Shown here: positions 1-7,755 of the stretch, one piece after another
Numbering within the stretch: position 1 is the first letter of the stretch
Layout of the letters: the number at the start of each line of letters is the position of its first letter
Made by a program: the position numbers and the translations under genes
Source of the DNA: an uncultured Gammaproteobacteria bacterium
GTDB lineage: Bacteria; Patescibacteriota; Patescibacteriia; Magasanikbacterales; UBA922
NCBI GenBank assembly: GCA_964531615.1
Contig: CAZHEJ010000004.1
Coordinates: forward strand, 1 to 32,282
Direction: 5' to 3'
Length of the DNA stretch: 32,282 nt
Notes under the pieces: generated by a model
The model's input: only the letters and a program-made list of their open reading frames with translations
Databases searched by the model: none
Told to the model about the DNA's origin: nothing

Positions 1-999
1 TAATGACTCGAAATGTTGTCTCGCAAGAATCTCTGTCGGGCACATCATCACTGCCTGATAGCCATTCAAAACCGCGTTGTACATTGCCATTGCTGCAACT
101 ACGGTTTTTCCGCTTCCAACGTCCCCTTCCAGCAAACGATTCATCGGTTCGCTTTTTCCTAAATCTTTCAAAATCTCCCAAGCAGCCATTTTCTGCGCCT
201 TGGTAAGCTTGAACGGCAAAGAATCAACAAATTTTTTGATTTCCTCTTGCTTAAATTCCAGCGCAGGCGCTTGCGAACGTTTGAGCGATTGGCGGATCAT
301 TTCCGCGCGCAATTGAAGAATAAACAGCTCGCCGAATTTCAAGCGCCTTTTCGCCTGCTCCAAATCCGTCTCATCAATTGGAAAATGAATTCCGCGCACT
401 GCTTCAGGCAGAGAAATTAAATCAGCCTTTTCCAAAATCTCTTCTGGAAGCCATTCTTTAATTTCTTGTACGACCGGCAATGCCTTGCTCATTAAAAAGC
501 GCATCTGCTTGTGGCTGATTCCGCTGGTCAGATGATACATTGGCACAATGCGCGCAGTGTGCATTGTCGCCTGCTCTCCGCTGGCTTTGGCAAATGTTTC
601 TTTTTCATAATTGGGATTGGCCAGATAAGGAACTAATTTATCCTCAATGACCTTGCCGGAAAAATATGACACTGTGCCAGGCGGTAAAATTTTTGCAACA
701 AACGGCTGGCCAAACCAGATGATTTTCATCCGCCCGCTCTCATCTGACACGACTGCCTCGGTAATCAATTTTTTTCTCTTCCAGCTTCTTTTTGTCTCAA
801 TAATTTCCACCCGCGCCCGTATAGTTATCTGCTCTCCTGCTTGCAAATCCTTAATCAATTTCGCCTTGCTAAAATCCTCGTAGCGAAATGGCAGATAAAA
901 CAAAATATCCTGCACGCTTCTGATGCCAAGATTTTTAAGTTGTTTTTCCAATTTTTTGCTGATATGGTGCAACTGGATTACTAGCGTGCTTAAAGGCAT
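1..999 (-). CDS. recG: ATP-dependent DNA helicase RecG, N-terminal 333 codons (gene continues beyond the left edge)
   Basis: Absent from the ORF track because no stop lies in the window. My reverse-complement translation from ATG 997-999 reads MPLSTLVIQLHHISKKLEKQLKNLGIRSVQDILFYLPFRYEDFSKAKLIKDLQ... It ends ...NRLLEGDVGSGKTVVAAMAMYNAVLNGYQAVMMCPTEILARQHFESL (helicase motif I/Ia), in frame with position 1. Confidence 0.85.
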   Translation of the reverse strand, partial: MPLSTLVIQLHHISKKLEKQLKNLGIRSVQDILFYLPFRYEDFSKAKLIKDLQAGEQITIRARVEIIETKRSWKRKKLITEAVVSDESGRMKIIWFGQPFVAKILPPGTVSYFSGKVIEDKLVPYLANPNYEKETFAKASGEQATMHTARIVPMYHLTSGISHKQMRFLMSKALPVVQEIKEWLPEEILEKADLISLPEAVRGIHFPIDETDLEQAKRRLKFGELFILQLRAEMIRQSLKRSQAPALEFKQEEIKKFVDSLPFKLTKAQKMAAWEILKDLGKSEPMNRLLEGDVGSGKTVVAAMAMYNAVLNGYQAVMMCPTEILARQHFESL

Positions 1000-1013
1000 A
1001 CCAGCTTTATTTT

Positions 1014-1046
1014 AACACAAAACTCCCGCCAATGGGAGTTTGTGTT
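1014..1046 (-). terminator. Imperfect 13-bp hairpin between the coiled-coil gene and recG (possible terminator)
   Basis: aacacaaaactccc / gccaat / gggagtttgtgtt. On the minus strand the 3' arm is U-rich, but no clean U-tract follows. Confidence 0.3.
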
Positions 1047-1071
1047 CTTATGACAGAGTATTATTCTTACT

Positions 1072-2745
1072 TTACTCTTTTACGGCCGTTCCTTCACATG
1101 GCCCAGGTGTCTCCACTCCATTGATATTGCAAGTTTGCTGTGTTGTCTGTGTTGGCTGCTGGGGCGGCGCCTTTTTAGGTATCCAATTATCCAGATTCGG
1201 TGAAATGTCTATCTTTTTAAATTGTTGTATGCCAGTTTCCCATGGCATTACCTCCTCTATGCCGGTTAATTCTGCCTTTTTTTGCTCAAAATCCTGTTTT
1301 AAATTCTGCATCTCTTCCAGAATATCTATAATTGCATCGGGATCAAGCGGCTTGGCTTTGAACAATTCCAATGCTTCAGCGCCTTTTGCTTTTGCCTGTT
1401 CCAACATGTCTTCTAATTCAATAGTATCAATTTTCTTTTTCTTCAATACCTTGATTTGCCAGCTATCATTGGCGATTCCTCGCTTAAAATCAGAATTAAA
1501 CCGACCCATATTGCTCATTGTCATGATAATTTTGTGATTCTCCCACACGTCTTCCAGTTGTCCAAAAAAATCACTTTGCACCATATCAAATGCTTCTTCA
1601 GCGCTTTCAGTGACCTTGACACCTGCGGCGCCTATAACGTCTTTAAGCTGATTCACGCCTAACTCAAAATTGCTGTAAATTGATGTCAAATCTATTCCTT
1701 TCTTGACTAATCTGTCAACTATCAGTTTCACTTTCTTAAGCTCGCGCGTTAAATTTTTTAATTCTTGGTTCATCTGTTTTACGGTCTGCGGCCAGCGCGC
1801 CAGCATTTCCAATTCTTGGCGGTGTTCGTCCAAGCTCTGCATCAATTCAAATATGCTTTCAGCGTCGTCCATTTTTCCATTTTTGATGTCAGCAATCAAT
1901 GCCTTTACTTGTTCCAAATTGGAAGTTATTTCCTCGCTCACCGCCAATTTCTGCTTAATCAATTTTTGCACTTGCTTGTCAAACATTTTAACCCCGCTTT
2001 CAATGCGGCGCATTTCGCGCATCACATTTTCCATACGTTGCAGATGTTGCCTTTCTGCTTCCAGCTCCCGCATCTTATCCCACATTTCCTGCATATCCAT
2101 TTCAGCCGCCTCTTCAACAGTGGTAATGGCTTTATATTTTTCCACAAGAGCTCTCAAATCGGAAATCTTTGTTTTTGTATCATCAGAAACAACGATTCCT
2201 TTTTTGGCAAATTTATCTATCATTAATTCAAACTGCTTCAACTGGCGCTCAATATCGCGTACTCCTCTTTGCATGTCTTTCAGCATCCTTTGATTATTCT
2301 GTTCATCTCGTTTATTCTGTTCGTCTTGTCTTTTCTGTCCATTATCATCGCCTTGAAAACCCTGTCCTCCGCCAGGCTCGCCCTGCATTCCTGTGTCCTT
2401 ATTTTTTTGATTCCATTCTATGCAAGTGCCCGGCTGTTCCACGCCATTGACAAAGCAAGTTTCCGGCGGATTTCTCGTATCACCACTCGTATCGCCAGTT
2501 GACCCCTCGTAAGGTATTGGCTGTTGCGATTGAGGTTGCGACTCAATAACTGGAACTGGCGACGGCGTTTGGGGTGCCAACACCTCCCCTGTGTCTTCTG
2601 CCTTAGCTGATTGAAATAAATTAACCGCCTCATGGAAAATTTTTGGCATCTCCAAATAAAAAGCCTTTGCCGGAAGCGCGAAAGCAAAGCTCGCGGCCAA
2701 AACGACCAGCAAACCCACCAACTTCAAATGAAGATTTTTTGGCAT
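1072..2745 (-). CDS. Secreted coiled-coil repeat protein, function unknown
   Basis: ORF track gives 1072..2802. I start at the internal ATG 2743-2745 (MPKNLHLKLVGLLVVLAASFAFALPAKA, signal-peptide-like). The body is K/E/Q/L-rich and heptad-like, with about four internal ~70-aa repeats. A Cys-loop motif occurs near both ends. Confidence 0.7.
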   Translation of the reverse strand: MPKNLHLKLVGLLVVLAASFAFALPAKAFYLEMPKIFHEAVNLFQSAKAEDTGEVLAPQTPSPVPVIESQPQSQQPIPYEGSTGDTSGDTRNPPETCFVNGVEQPGTCIEWNQKNKDTGMQGEPGGGQGFQGDDNGQKRQDEQNKRDEQNNQRMLKDMQRGVRDIERQLKQFELMIDKFAKKGIVVSDDTKTKISDLRALVEKYKAITTVEEAAEMDMQEMWDKMRELEAERQHLQRMENVMREMRRIESGVKMFDKQVQKLIKQKLAVSEEITSNLEQVKALIADIKNGKMDDAESIFELMQSLDEHRQELEMLARWPQTVKQMNQELKNLTRELKKVKLIVDRLVKKGIDLTSIYSNFELGVNQLKDVIGAAGVKVTESAEEAFDMVQSDFFGQLEDVWENHKIIMTMSNMGRFNSDFKRGIANDSWQIKVLKKKKIDTIELEDMLEQAKAKGAEALELFKAKPLDPDAIIDILEEMQNLKQDFEQKKAELTGIEEVMPWETGIQQFKKIDISPNLDNWIPKKAPPQQPTQTTQQTCNINGVETPGPCEGTAVKE

Positions 2746-2790
2746 ATATGTAAAATTATTAATTAAATTAATTAGACGACCTTTACAAAT

Positions 2791-2819
2791 ATTATAACAC
2801 AATTAATCTTAATTTGCTA
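2791..2819 (-). promoter_or_regulatory. Putative extended -10 promoter for the coiled-coil gene
   Basis: Minus strand reads TGTTATAAT (plus 2791-2799) with a weak -35 TAGCAA 17 nt upstream (2814-2819). Confidence 0.3.
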
Positions 2820-2833
2820 TACCTTGTTCCATT

Positions 2834-3175
2834 TTATCCAATCGGGTGTAATAATCGCAACTCCCCTTTTATCCATTTAAAATAATTTTCAGACACATTT
2901 TTGATTTCTATTGAACCAATGAATGGCAGCTTGTCGCTATGCGTTTTTTTGACTAAAATTTCTATTTTTAAAAAATATTTTGGCAGTGTTTCCAGCGCCA
3001 GCAAACAGCCCTTGGCTTTTTCAATCTTACCGGTTTTAGGAGGCCAGAAATAATAAGCGGCTTGGCGGGAGAAAATGTCAAAGCAGGAAGCCAGCCGTTG
3101 TTTCAAGGCCTTTTTGCCGATTATTTCCGCTTCATTGATTGTATTGCAATTCACCAAAACCCAGATGATTTTCAT
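2834..3175 (-). CDS. cutA: CutA1 divalent-cation tolerance protein
   Basis: The track ORF 2834..3241 overlaps the tRNA at 3184-3255, so I moved the start to ATG 3173-3175. Product is 113 aa: MKIIWVLVNCNTINEAEIIGKKALKQRLASCFDI...HSDKLPFIGSIEIKNVSENYFKWIKGE, with CutA1-like size and C-terminal motif. Confidence 0.75.
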   Translation of the reverse strand: MKIIWVLVNCNTINEAEIIGKKALKQRLASCFDIFSRQAAYYFWPPKTGKIEKAKGCLLALETLPKYFLKIEILVKKTHSDKLPFIGSIEIKNVSENYFKWIKGELRLLHPIG

Positions 3176-3183
3176 AAAATTAG

Positions 3184-3255
3184 TGCCCCCGGCGCGAATC
3201 GAACACGCATTATCAGCTCCGCAAGCTGACGTCCTATCCATTGAACGACGAGGGC
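3184..3255 (-). tRNA. tRNA-Arg, anticodon GCG
   Basis: Hand-folded cloverleaf: acceptor GCCCTCG/CGGGGGC plus discriminator A; D arm GTTC-AATGGATA-GGAC; anticodon arm TCAGC-TTGCGGA-GCTGA; 4-nt variable loop; T arm GCGTG-TTCGATT-CGCGC. Length 72 nt, CCA not encoded. Confidence 0.8.
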
Positions 3256-3268
3256 CAATTTGAATTTT

Positions 3269-3772
3269 TTAATGCATTTTCCAGCTTCTGCCGATTTCTT
3301 CGCTTATTGGCTCCTTCTCTTTTTCCAAATCCTCCGGCAAAAACGCGCGCAGGCTGTGCTTTACTTCCACTGGGTTCTTGTCCAAAAGCGGAATGTGCAG
3401 AATCGGGCGCATAATGCTGTTGGGATTTAAAAACAAAGTCTTGACAGCCGGCGGATTGTAAATAATGTAAAAATCTTTCAATTCTGTGTAGGGATAAAAG
3501 CGGCTGCCGACCACTACGCCTAATTCAGTGATTTGGAACAGCACCTGATTTGGCGTTTGATGTGAGCGCAGAAACAGAATAATCGCAAAAAGAATTATTA
3601 TCAGGGCAAACAGAAAATTACCTGTTAAAAGCCCGTAGCCGACAAGAAACAAACCGGCCAATCCCATAATAACATACCACGCCAGATTTCTTTCGTGCTG
3701 TTCATATTCTAAAATTGTCCACTCGTGCAAAATATCCCCCACGAGCGTTTTTTCATTTATAATTTCTGACAT
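3269..3772 (-). CDS. Hypothetical membrane protein (two adjacent TM helices, soluble C-terminal domain)
   Basis: 167-aa ORF with the hydrophobic stretch WYVIMGLAGLFLVGYGLLTGNFLFALIIILFAIILFL. No family recognised. Confidence 0.7.
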   Translation of the reverse strand: MSEIINEKTLVGDILHEWTILEYEQHERNLAWYVIMGLAGLFLVGYGLLTGNFLFALIIILFAIILFLRSHQTPNQVLFQITELGVVVGSRFYPYTELKDFYIIYNPPAVKTLFLNPNSIMRPILHIPLLDKNPVEVKHSLRAFLPEDLEKEKEPISEEIGRSWKMH

Positions 3773-3796
3773 AAAATTTGGATTACTGAATTATAG

Positions 3797-3863
3797 TGGA
3801 TGATACTGGATTCGAACCAGTGGCCTTCCCGACGTAACGTCGGGACGCTCTAGCCAACTGAGT
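3797..3863 (-). pseudogene. 5'-truncated tRNA-Val-like fragment (D arm to 3' end, aberrant anticodon arm)
   Basis: On the tRNA strand: ACTC-AGTTGGCTA-GAGC-G-TCCCGACGTTACGTCGGGA-AGGCC-ACTGG-TTCGAAT-CCAGT-ATCATCC-A. The D and T arms are good. The anticodon arm is 2 nt too long (TAC inside a 9-nt loop, or a 7-bp stem with a 5-nt loop). No GGATGAT 5' acceptor strand lies within about 400 nt. Confidence 0.55.
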
Positions 3864-4173
3864 TCCGATGTTTTCTGATTTTATCAGAAAAATCGGAATC
3901 CCGATTCCGCACAAGGCGGACATCGGGACTATTTATTACCTTTTCTATTATCTTTCTACTCTTTTTCTTTTTTAAAAATCTCTCTCTTTGATAAGCATTT
4001 TTAATATTATCAAATTCCTCAACATGTTTCAACTTCCATGGTTCGCCACCTTTGGTATAGGGCGACAATCCATTATTATGTTCGTACAGTCTTTTCTCTA
4101 AATCATTTGTAACGCCTATATAATATTTTCCTCGATTTTGACTATAAATTATGTAAACTGTCCAAATACGCAT
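3850..4173 (-). CDS. Small stand-alone GIY-YIG nuclease-domain protein (UPF0213/YhbQ-like)
   Basis: MRIWTVYIIYSQNRGKYYIGVTNDLEKRLYEHNNG...AYQRERFLKK carries the GIY..YIG, R..EH and distal E core. The last ~25 codons are encoded by hairpin repeats and the tRNA-like D arm, so the C-terminus is uncertain. Confidence 0.8.
   Translation of the reverse strand: MRIWTVYIIYSQNRGKYYIGVTNDLEKRLYEHNNGLSPYTKGGEPWKLKHVEEFDNIKNAYQRERFLKKKKSRKIIEKVINSPDVRLVRNRDSDFSDKIRKHRNSVG
3863..3928. repeat. Two abutting long hairpins sharing a T(C/T)CCGAT...ATCGG(G/A)A basal stem
   Basis: Hairpin 3863-3898: ttccgat-g-ttttctgat-ttt-atcagaaaa-atcggaa. Hairpin 3899-3928: tcccgat-tccgc-acaag-gcgga-c-atcggga. The stem sequence matches the anticodon stem of the neighbouring tRNA-Val. 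Confidence 0.6.
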
Positions 4174-4182
4174 AAAATTCAG

Positions 4183-4256
4183 TGGACTTGAGGGGATTTG
4201 AACCTCTGGCCTTCCCGATGTGAACGGGACGCTCTAACCAGCTGAGCTACAAGTCC
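4183..4256 (-). tRNA. tRNA-Val, anticodon CAC
   Basis: GGACTTG-TA-GCTC-AGCTGGTTA-GAGC-G-TCCCG-TTCACAT-CGGGA-AGGCC-AGAGG-TTCAAAT-CCCCT-CAAGTCC-A. Length 74 nt, one A-C mismatch in the T stem, CCA not encoded. Confidence 0.85.
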
Positions 4257-4268
4257 ATCTTCGGTAAT

Positions 4269-4296
4269 ATTATATCACATTATGTATTTTTTGCAA
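4269..4296 (-). promoter_or_regulatory. Sigma70-like promoter for the tRNA-Val operon
   Basis: Minus strand: TTGCAA (4291-4296), 16 nt, TATAAT (4269-4274). The tRNA 5' end lies 12 nt downstream of the -10. Confidence 0.5.
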
Positions 4297-4305
4297 CCTT
4301 GGCTA

Positions 4306-4334
4306 TTGCCAAAACGACGATTTTCTATTATAAT
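4306..4334 (+). promoter_or_regulatory. Sigma70-like promoter for the LCP gene (near-leaderless)
   Basis: TTGCCA (4306-4311), 17 nt, TATAAT (4329-4334). The ATG at 4343 is only 8 nt after the -10 and no SD is present. Confidence 0.5.
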
Positions 4335-4342
4335 AATCGCGT

Positions 4343-5761
4343 ATGATTAGGCGGCCGATAAACTTTCTTGAACAGCAGACAGAAAAAATCAAACCTCCAA
4401 CTCCGCGCTGGCTGATTTTTTTAATAATAGCCATTCTGCTTTTGCTGGGCGGATGCATCACGCGCGCCATTTTCAGCGAAAAAGCTCCCAATGATCCGTC
4501 TGCCTACGACCCAGTGACATTGGAGCCGAAAAAACCCGAGGGTTTTTTTAAAAAAGTAAAACAACTGGTTTTTCTTAAAGGCAATGAGCTTGACGGATTT
4601 AGCGATGACAGAATAAATGTGCTGGCGCTTGGCATGGGAGGCATAGGGCATGAAGGGCCTTTTTTGACTGACACCATGATGTTAATAAGCATCAAGCCAT
4701 CCACCGGGCGCATAGCCATGATTTCCATTCCCCGGGACCTGGGAGTAAAAATACCGGGCTACGGGCTTGATAAAATTAATAAAGCGAATTCAATCGGTGA
4801 AGAAAAAAATCCCGGGCGCGGGGCAGAACTTGCCAAAGAAATAGTTGAGGATATTTTTAACATAAAAGTGCATTATTACATACGTGTTGATTTCAAAGCC
4901 TTTCAGGAGCTTATTGATGAAGTAGGAGGCGTTACAGTAAATGTAGACAATTCTTTCACTGACCACATGTTCCCGGCTGGCAATAATGATTACCAGACAG
5001 TGAGCTTTGAAAAAGGCAGGCAGTCAATGAGCGGGCAGACGGCGCTGATTTTCGCGCGCTCGCGCCACGGAAATAACGGCGAAGGGTCGGATTTCGCCCG
5101 CGCCAAAAGACAGCAAAAGATAATCCTGGCTTTGAAAGAAAAAATCCTCACCTTCGGCACGTTAGCCAATCCGATTAAAATAAATGAAATTTTCAATACG
5201 CTGTCAAAGCATATTGATACTGATATGGAGTTTTCAGATATAATAGCTTTTCTCAAGCTGGCTAGGAGTCTGAATACGCAGGATATAATCCACTTGGTGC
5301 TTGACGACTCTCCAAACGGCTATCTGCAAAGCGGATACAATGCCAACGGAGCGTTTATTCTTGAACCGAAAAGCGGAAATTTTGATGAAATTAATGAAAC
5401 CATTGACAATCACCTTACAGCAGTCCAGGCAAAAAAGAACGATACGCCTGCGCAGGATATGAAAAAACTGCCTGAAGCAGAAATAGAAATCCAGAACGGC
5501 ACTTGGATTGCCGGCATGGCCGCCCGCATGGAAAAAAGACTGGAAGACAAGGGCTTTAATATAACTACTATCGGCAATACTGATGAACGGCCGCAGACTT
5601 TAAGCGGCATCTATCAAATTTCCAGCCAGGACACCGGCGCTCTAACACAGGCTTTACAACAAGAGCTTTCAATCCCAATTAAACAAACTGTGCCGGCTGG
5701 CATTAAATTCGCATCTTCTACTGATGTATTAATAATCCTTGGCATGGACATGGAAGAATAA
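4343..5761 (+). CDS. LytR/CpsA/Psr (LCP) family cell-envelope phosphotransferase with C-terminal LytR_C-like domain
   Basis: N-terminal TM helix, then LALGMGGIGHEGPFLTDTMMLISI...ISIPRDL...ALIFARSRH. C-terminal IEIQNGTWIAGMAARMEKRLEDKGFNI. Confidence 0.85.
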   Translation: MIRRPINFLEQQTEKIKPPTPRWLIFLIIAILLLLGGCITRAIFSEKAPNDPSAYDPVTLEPKKPEGFFKKVKQLVFLKGNELDGFSDDRINVLALGMGGIGHEGPFLTDTMMLISIKPSTGRIAMISIPRDLGVKIPGYGLDKINKANSIGEEKNPGRGAELAKEIVEDIFNIKVHYYIRVDFKAFQELIDEVGGVTVNVDNSFTDHMFPAGNNDYQTVSFEKGRQSMSGQTALIFARSRHGNNGEGSDFARAKRQQKIILALKEKILTFGTLANPIKINEIFNTLSKHIDTDMEFSDIIAFLKLARSLNTQDIIHLVLDDSPNGYLQSGYNANGAFILEPKSGNFDEINETIDNHLTAVQAKKNDTPAQDMKKLPEAEIEIQNGTWIAGMAARMEKRLEDKGFNITTIGNTDERPQTLSGIYQISSQDTGALTQALQQELSIPIKQTVPAGIKFASSTDVLIILGMDMEE

Positions 5762-5763
5762 TT

Positions 5764-7167
5764 ATGAGCAATATGGATAAAAAAATAAATTCTGAAAATC
5801 TGCCGTCTGCTGTGCTAGTCGGCAGAGTTAATGTCGGCAAATCCACTATTTTTAACCGTTTGATTGAAGAAAATAAAGCGCTGGTGTCTGAAATTCCAGG
5901 CACCACGCGCACCAACAATGAAGGCATTATTCTCTGGCGCGGGAAGCAGGTAAAACTGGTTGATACCGGCGGCCTTACTTTTACTGATAATGTTTCTCTG
6001 GAAAAAGAAATCCTCAAACAGTCTGAGAAAGCAATGAAAAGCGCGGATATTGTTATTTTTGTGGCTGACGCGCAGGCCGGCGTAATGCCGCAGGAAAAAG
6101 AGCTGGCTAAAAGAATCCGCCGAATTGGATCCAAACCTGTACTTTTCGTGGCTAATAAAGTTGACAGCGAAAAAATTGAATATAATCTCACAGAACCAGA
6201 GTGGCAAAAGCTCGGACTTGGCGAGCCTGTGCCGATTTCAGCGGCCAACGGACGGCAGATCGGCGATTTTCTTGACCTGCTTTTCACCACCGCGCAAAAA
6301 TCCAAGCGCCGGCCCAAATCTGTTAAAAAAGAAGATGAGGAAAAAATAATCAATGTGAGCATTATCGGCAAGCCCAATGTGGGAAAATCTTCGCTCTTTA
6401 ATAAAATAATCGGCGAGGAAAAAGTGATTGTAAACCCCATGCCCCACACCACCCGAGAGCCTTTTGACACCCTGCTGTCATATAATTATGAGCTCGGCGG
6501 TGAAAATAAAAAATTTCTGTTTAATTTTATAGACACTGCCGGCATCAGGCGCAAATCCAACGTTGAAGGCCAGCTAGAAAAAGAAGGCATTCAAAAAAGC
6601 ATCAGAATCGCTGGCGACTCGGAGATAGTGCTTTTTATTCTTGATGCCAGCGAACCAATCTCAATGCAGGACTGCCAGCTGGGCGGACTGCTTGAAAAAA
6701 AATGCAGAAGCGTGATTATAATACTGAATAAATGGGACTTGGCCGAAGACACCAGCGACAAATTCCGCAATAATGCCAAGCGCATGGTTTATTCATATTT
6801 TCCGCATCTGGATTTCGCGCCGATAATTTTCACCAGCGGGCTCACCGGCTACCGCGTGCATGATATTTTTCCCATGCTGGTGAAAATCTGGCAGGCCCGC
6901 CAAACTGTCATACCGGACAATCAGCTTGAAAATTTTATTAAAAAAACTGTGCGCGAGCATTTGCCTTCGCGGGGCAGGGGCGTCAGGCACCCTGTATTGC
7001 TGGGCATGAAGCAGGTTGAATCAAATCCTCCGGTCTTTACGCTTTTCATCAAAGCAAGAACATCACTGCATTATTCTTACGTGTCGTTTGTTAAAAGACG
7101 GCTGCGCGAACAATTTAATTTTCTCGGCACGCCTGTTATAATAAAGTTAAGCAAAATGAAAAAATGA
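5764..7167 (+). CDS. der: Ribosome-associated GTPase Der/EngA
   Basis: Two G domains (GRVNVGKSTIFNRL...DTGG...NKVD and GKPNVGKSSLFNKI...DTAG...NKWD) plus a KH-like C-terminus. Confidence 0.95.
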   Translation: MSNMDKKINSENLPSAVLVGRVNVGKSTIFNRLIEENKALVSEIPGTTRTNNEGIILWRGKQVKLVDTGGLTFTDNVSLEKEILKQSEKAMKSADIVIFVADAQAGVMPQEKELAKRIRRIGSKPVLFVANKVDSEKIEYNLTEPEWQKLGLGEPVPISAANGRQIGDFLDLLFTTAQKSKRRPKSVKKEDEEKIINVSIIGKPNVGKSSLFNKIIGEEKVIVNPMPHTTREPFDTLLSYNYELGGENKKFLFNFIDTAGIRRKSNVEGQLEKEGIQKSIRIAGDSEIVLFILDASEPISMQDCQLGGLLEKKCRSVIIILNKWDLAEDTSDKFRNNAKRMVYSYFPHLDFAPIIFTSGLTGYRVHDIFPMLVKIWQARQTVIPDNQLENFIKKTVREHLPSRGRGVRHPVLLGMKQVESNPPVFTLFIKARTSLHYSYVSFVKRRLREQFNFLGTPVIIKLSKMKK

Positions 7168-7200
7168 CGCATATGCGTCATCCCCGCGCAGGCGGGGATC
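7165..7200. repeat. Two adjacent perfect palindromes between der and pth; the second belongs to the GTCATYCC...GGRATC family
   Basis: tgacgcatatgcgtca (7165-7180, includes the der stop). gtcatccccgcgcaggcggggatc (7177-7200, 8-bp stem ATCCCCGC/GCGGGGAT). No U-tract follows. Confidence 0.6.
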
Positions 7201-7212
7201 TAAAAATAATTT

Positions 7213-7755
7213 ATGAAACTAATAATCGGCCTGGGAAATCCCGGCAAAATTTATGCGAAAACCCGCCACAACATCGGTTTTATTGTTTTGGACGAGTTGC
7301 GGAAAAAAATGGCAGAATACGGCGCTGGCAAATGGGAGCTGTCAAAAAAATTCAATGCCGAAGTCTGCGGGGCTGTTGTTAATGGGCAGAAAATAATCCT
7401 CGCCAAGCCAATGACATTCATAAATAATTCAGGCGAGGCAGTGCAATTGCTGGCGCACTTTTATAAAATAATCCTGCCTGATTTAATTGTAGTCCATGAT
7501 GATAAAGATTTAGTGCTTGGCGACATCCGCGTGCAAAACAACCGTTCAGACGCCGGACACAATGGCATTAAATCAATCATCCAGCATCTCGGCACGCAAG
7601 ATTTCACCCGCCTGCGCATTGGCATTGCGCCGGAAAATCCAAAAAAAATGAGCGATACTGCCAAGTTTGTTTTGAGCAAGTTCGGATTGTTTGAAAAAAG
7701 GAAAGTGGATGAAGTGGTAGAAAAGGCGGTGGAGGAGATAATAAAAATCGCATGA
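7213..7755 (+). CDS. pth: Peptidyl-tRNA hydrolase
   Basis: MKLIIGLGNPGKIYAKTRHNIGF...VVHDDKDL...GHNGIKS. Confidence 0.95.
   Translation: MKLIIGLGNPGKIYAKTRHNIGFIVLDELRKKMAEYGAGKWELSKKFNAEVCGAVVNGQKIILAKPMTFINNSGEAVQLLAHFYKIILPDLIVVHDDKDLVLGDIRVQNNRSDAGHNGIKSIIQHLGTQDFTRLRIGIAPENPKKMSDTAKFVLSKFGLFEKRKVDEVVEKAVEEIIKIA

Noticed and set aside
2834-3241. Long N-terminal extensions given by the ORF track (2834..3241, 16790..17686, 17669..18814, 29464..30111, 1072..2802, 31195.., 31731..)
   Set aside because: The extensions run through tRNA genes, promoters or terminator hairpins. Internal ATGs give canonical N-termini (MKIIWV for CutA, MGRIISIVNQKGG for ParA, MGDALKRVAVYIDG for NYN) or have SD and promoter support.
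3797-4256. Group I intron or split/permuted tRNA explaining the tRNA fragment and GIY-YIG gene
   Set aside because: tRNA-Val(CAC) is complete on its own. The fragment's 3' acceptor strand (ATCATCC) has no complementary 5' strand within about 400 nt. The interruption is not in the anticodon loop, and I see no P3-P8-like group I core. It is kept only as an open question in the findings.
5718-6470. Large antisense or alternative-frame ORFs (e.g. 5718..6470, 1703..2293, 12182..12658, 14084..14512, 20377..20715)
   Set aside because: They lie entirely within, and opposite or out of frame to, genes with strong family signatures (der, topA, folC, dac). Their products are low-complexity with no recognisable motifs.
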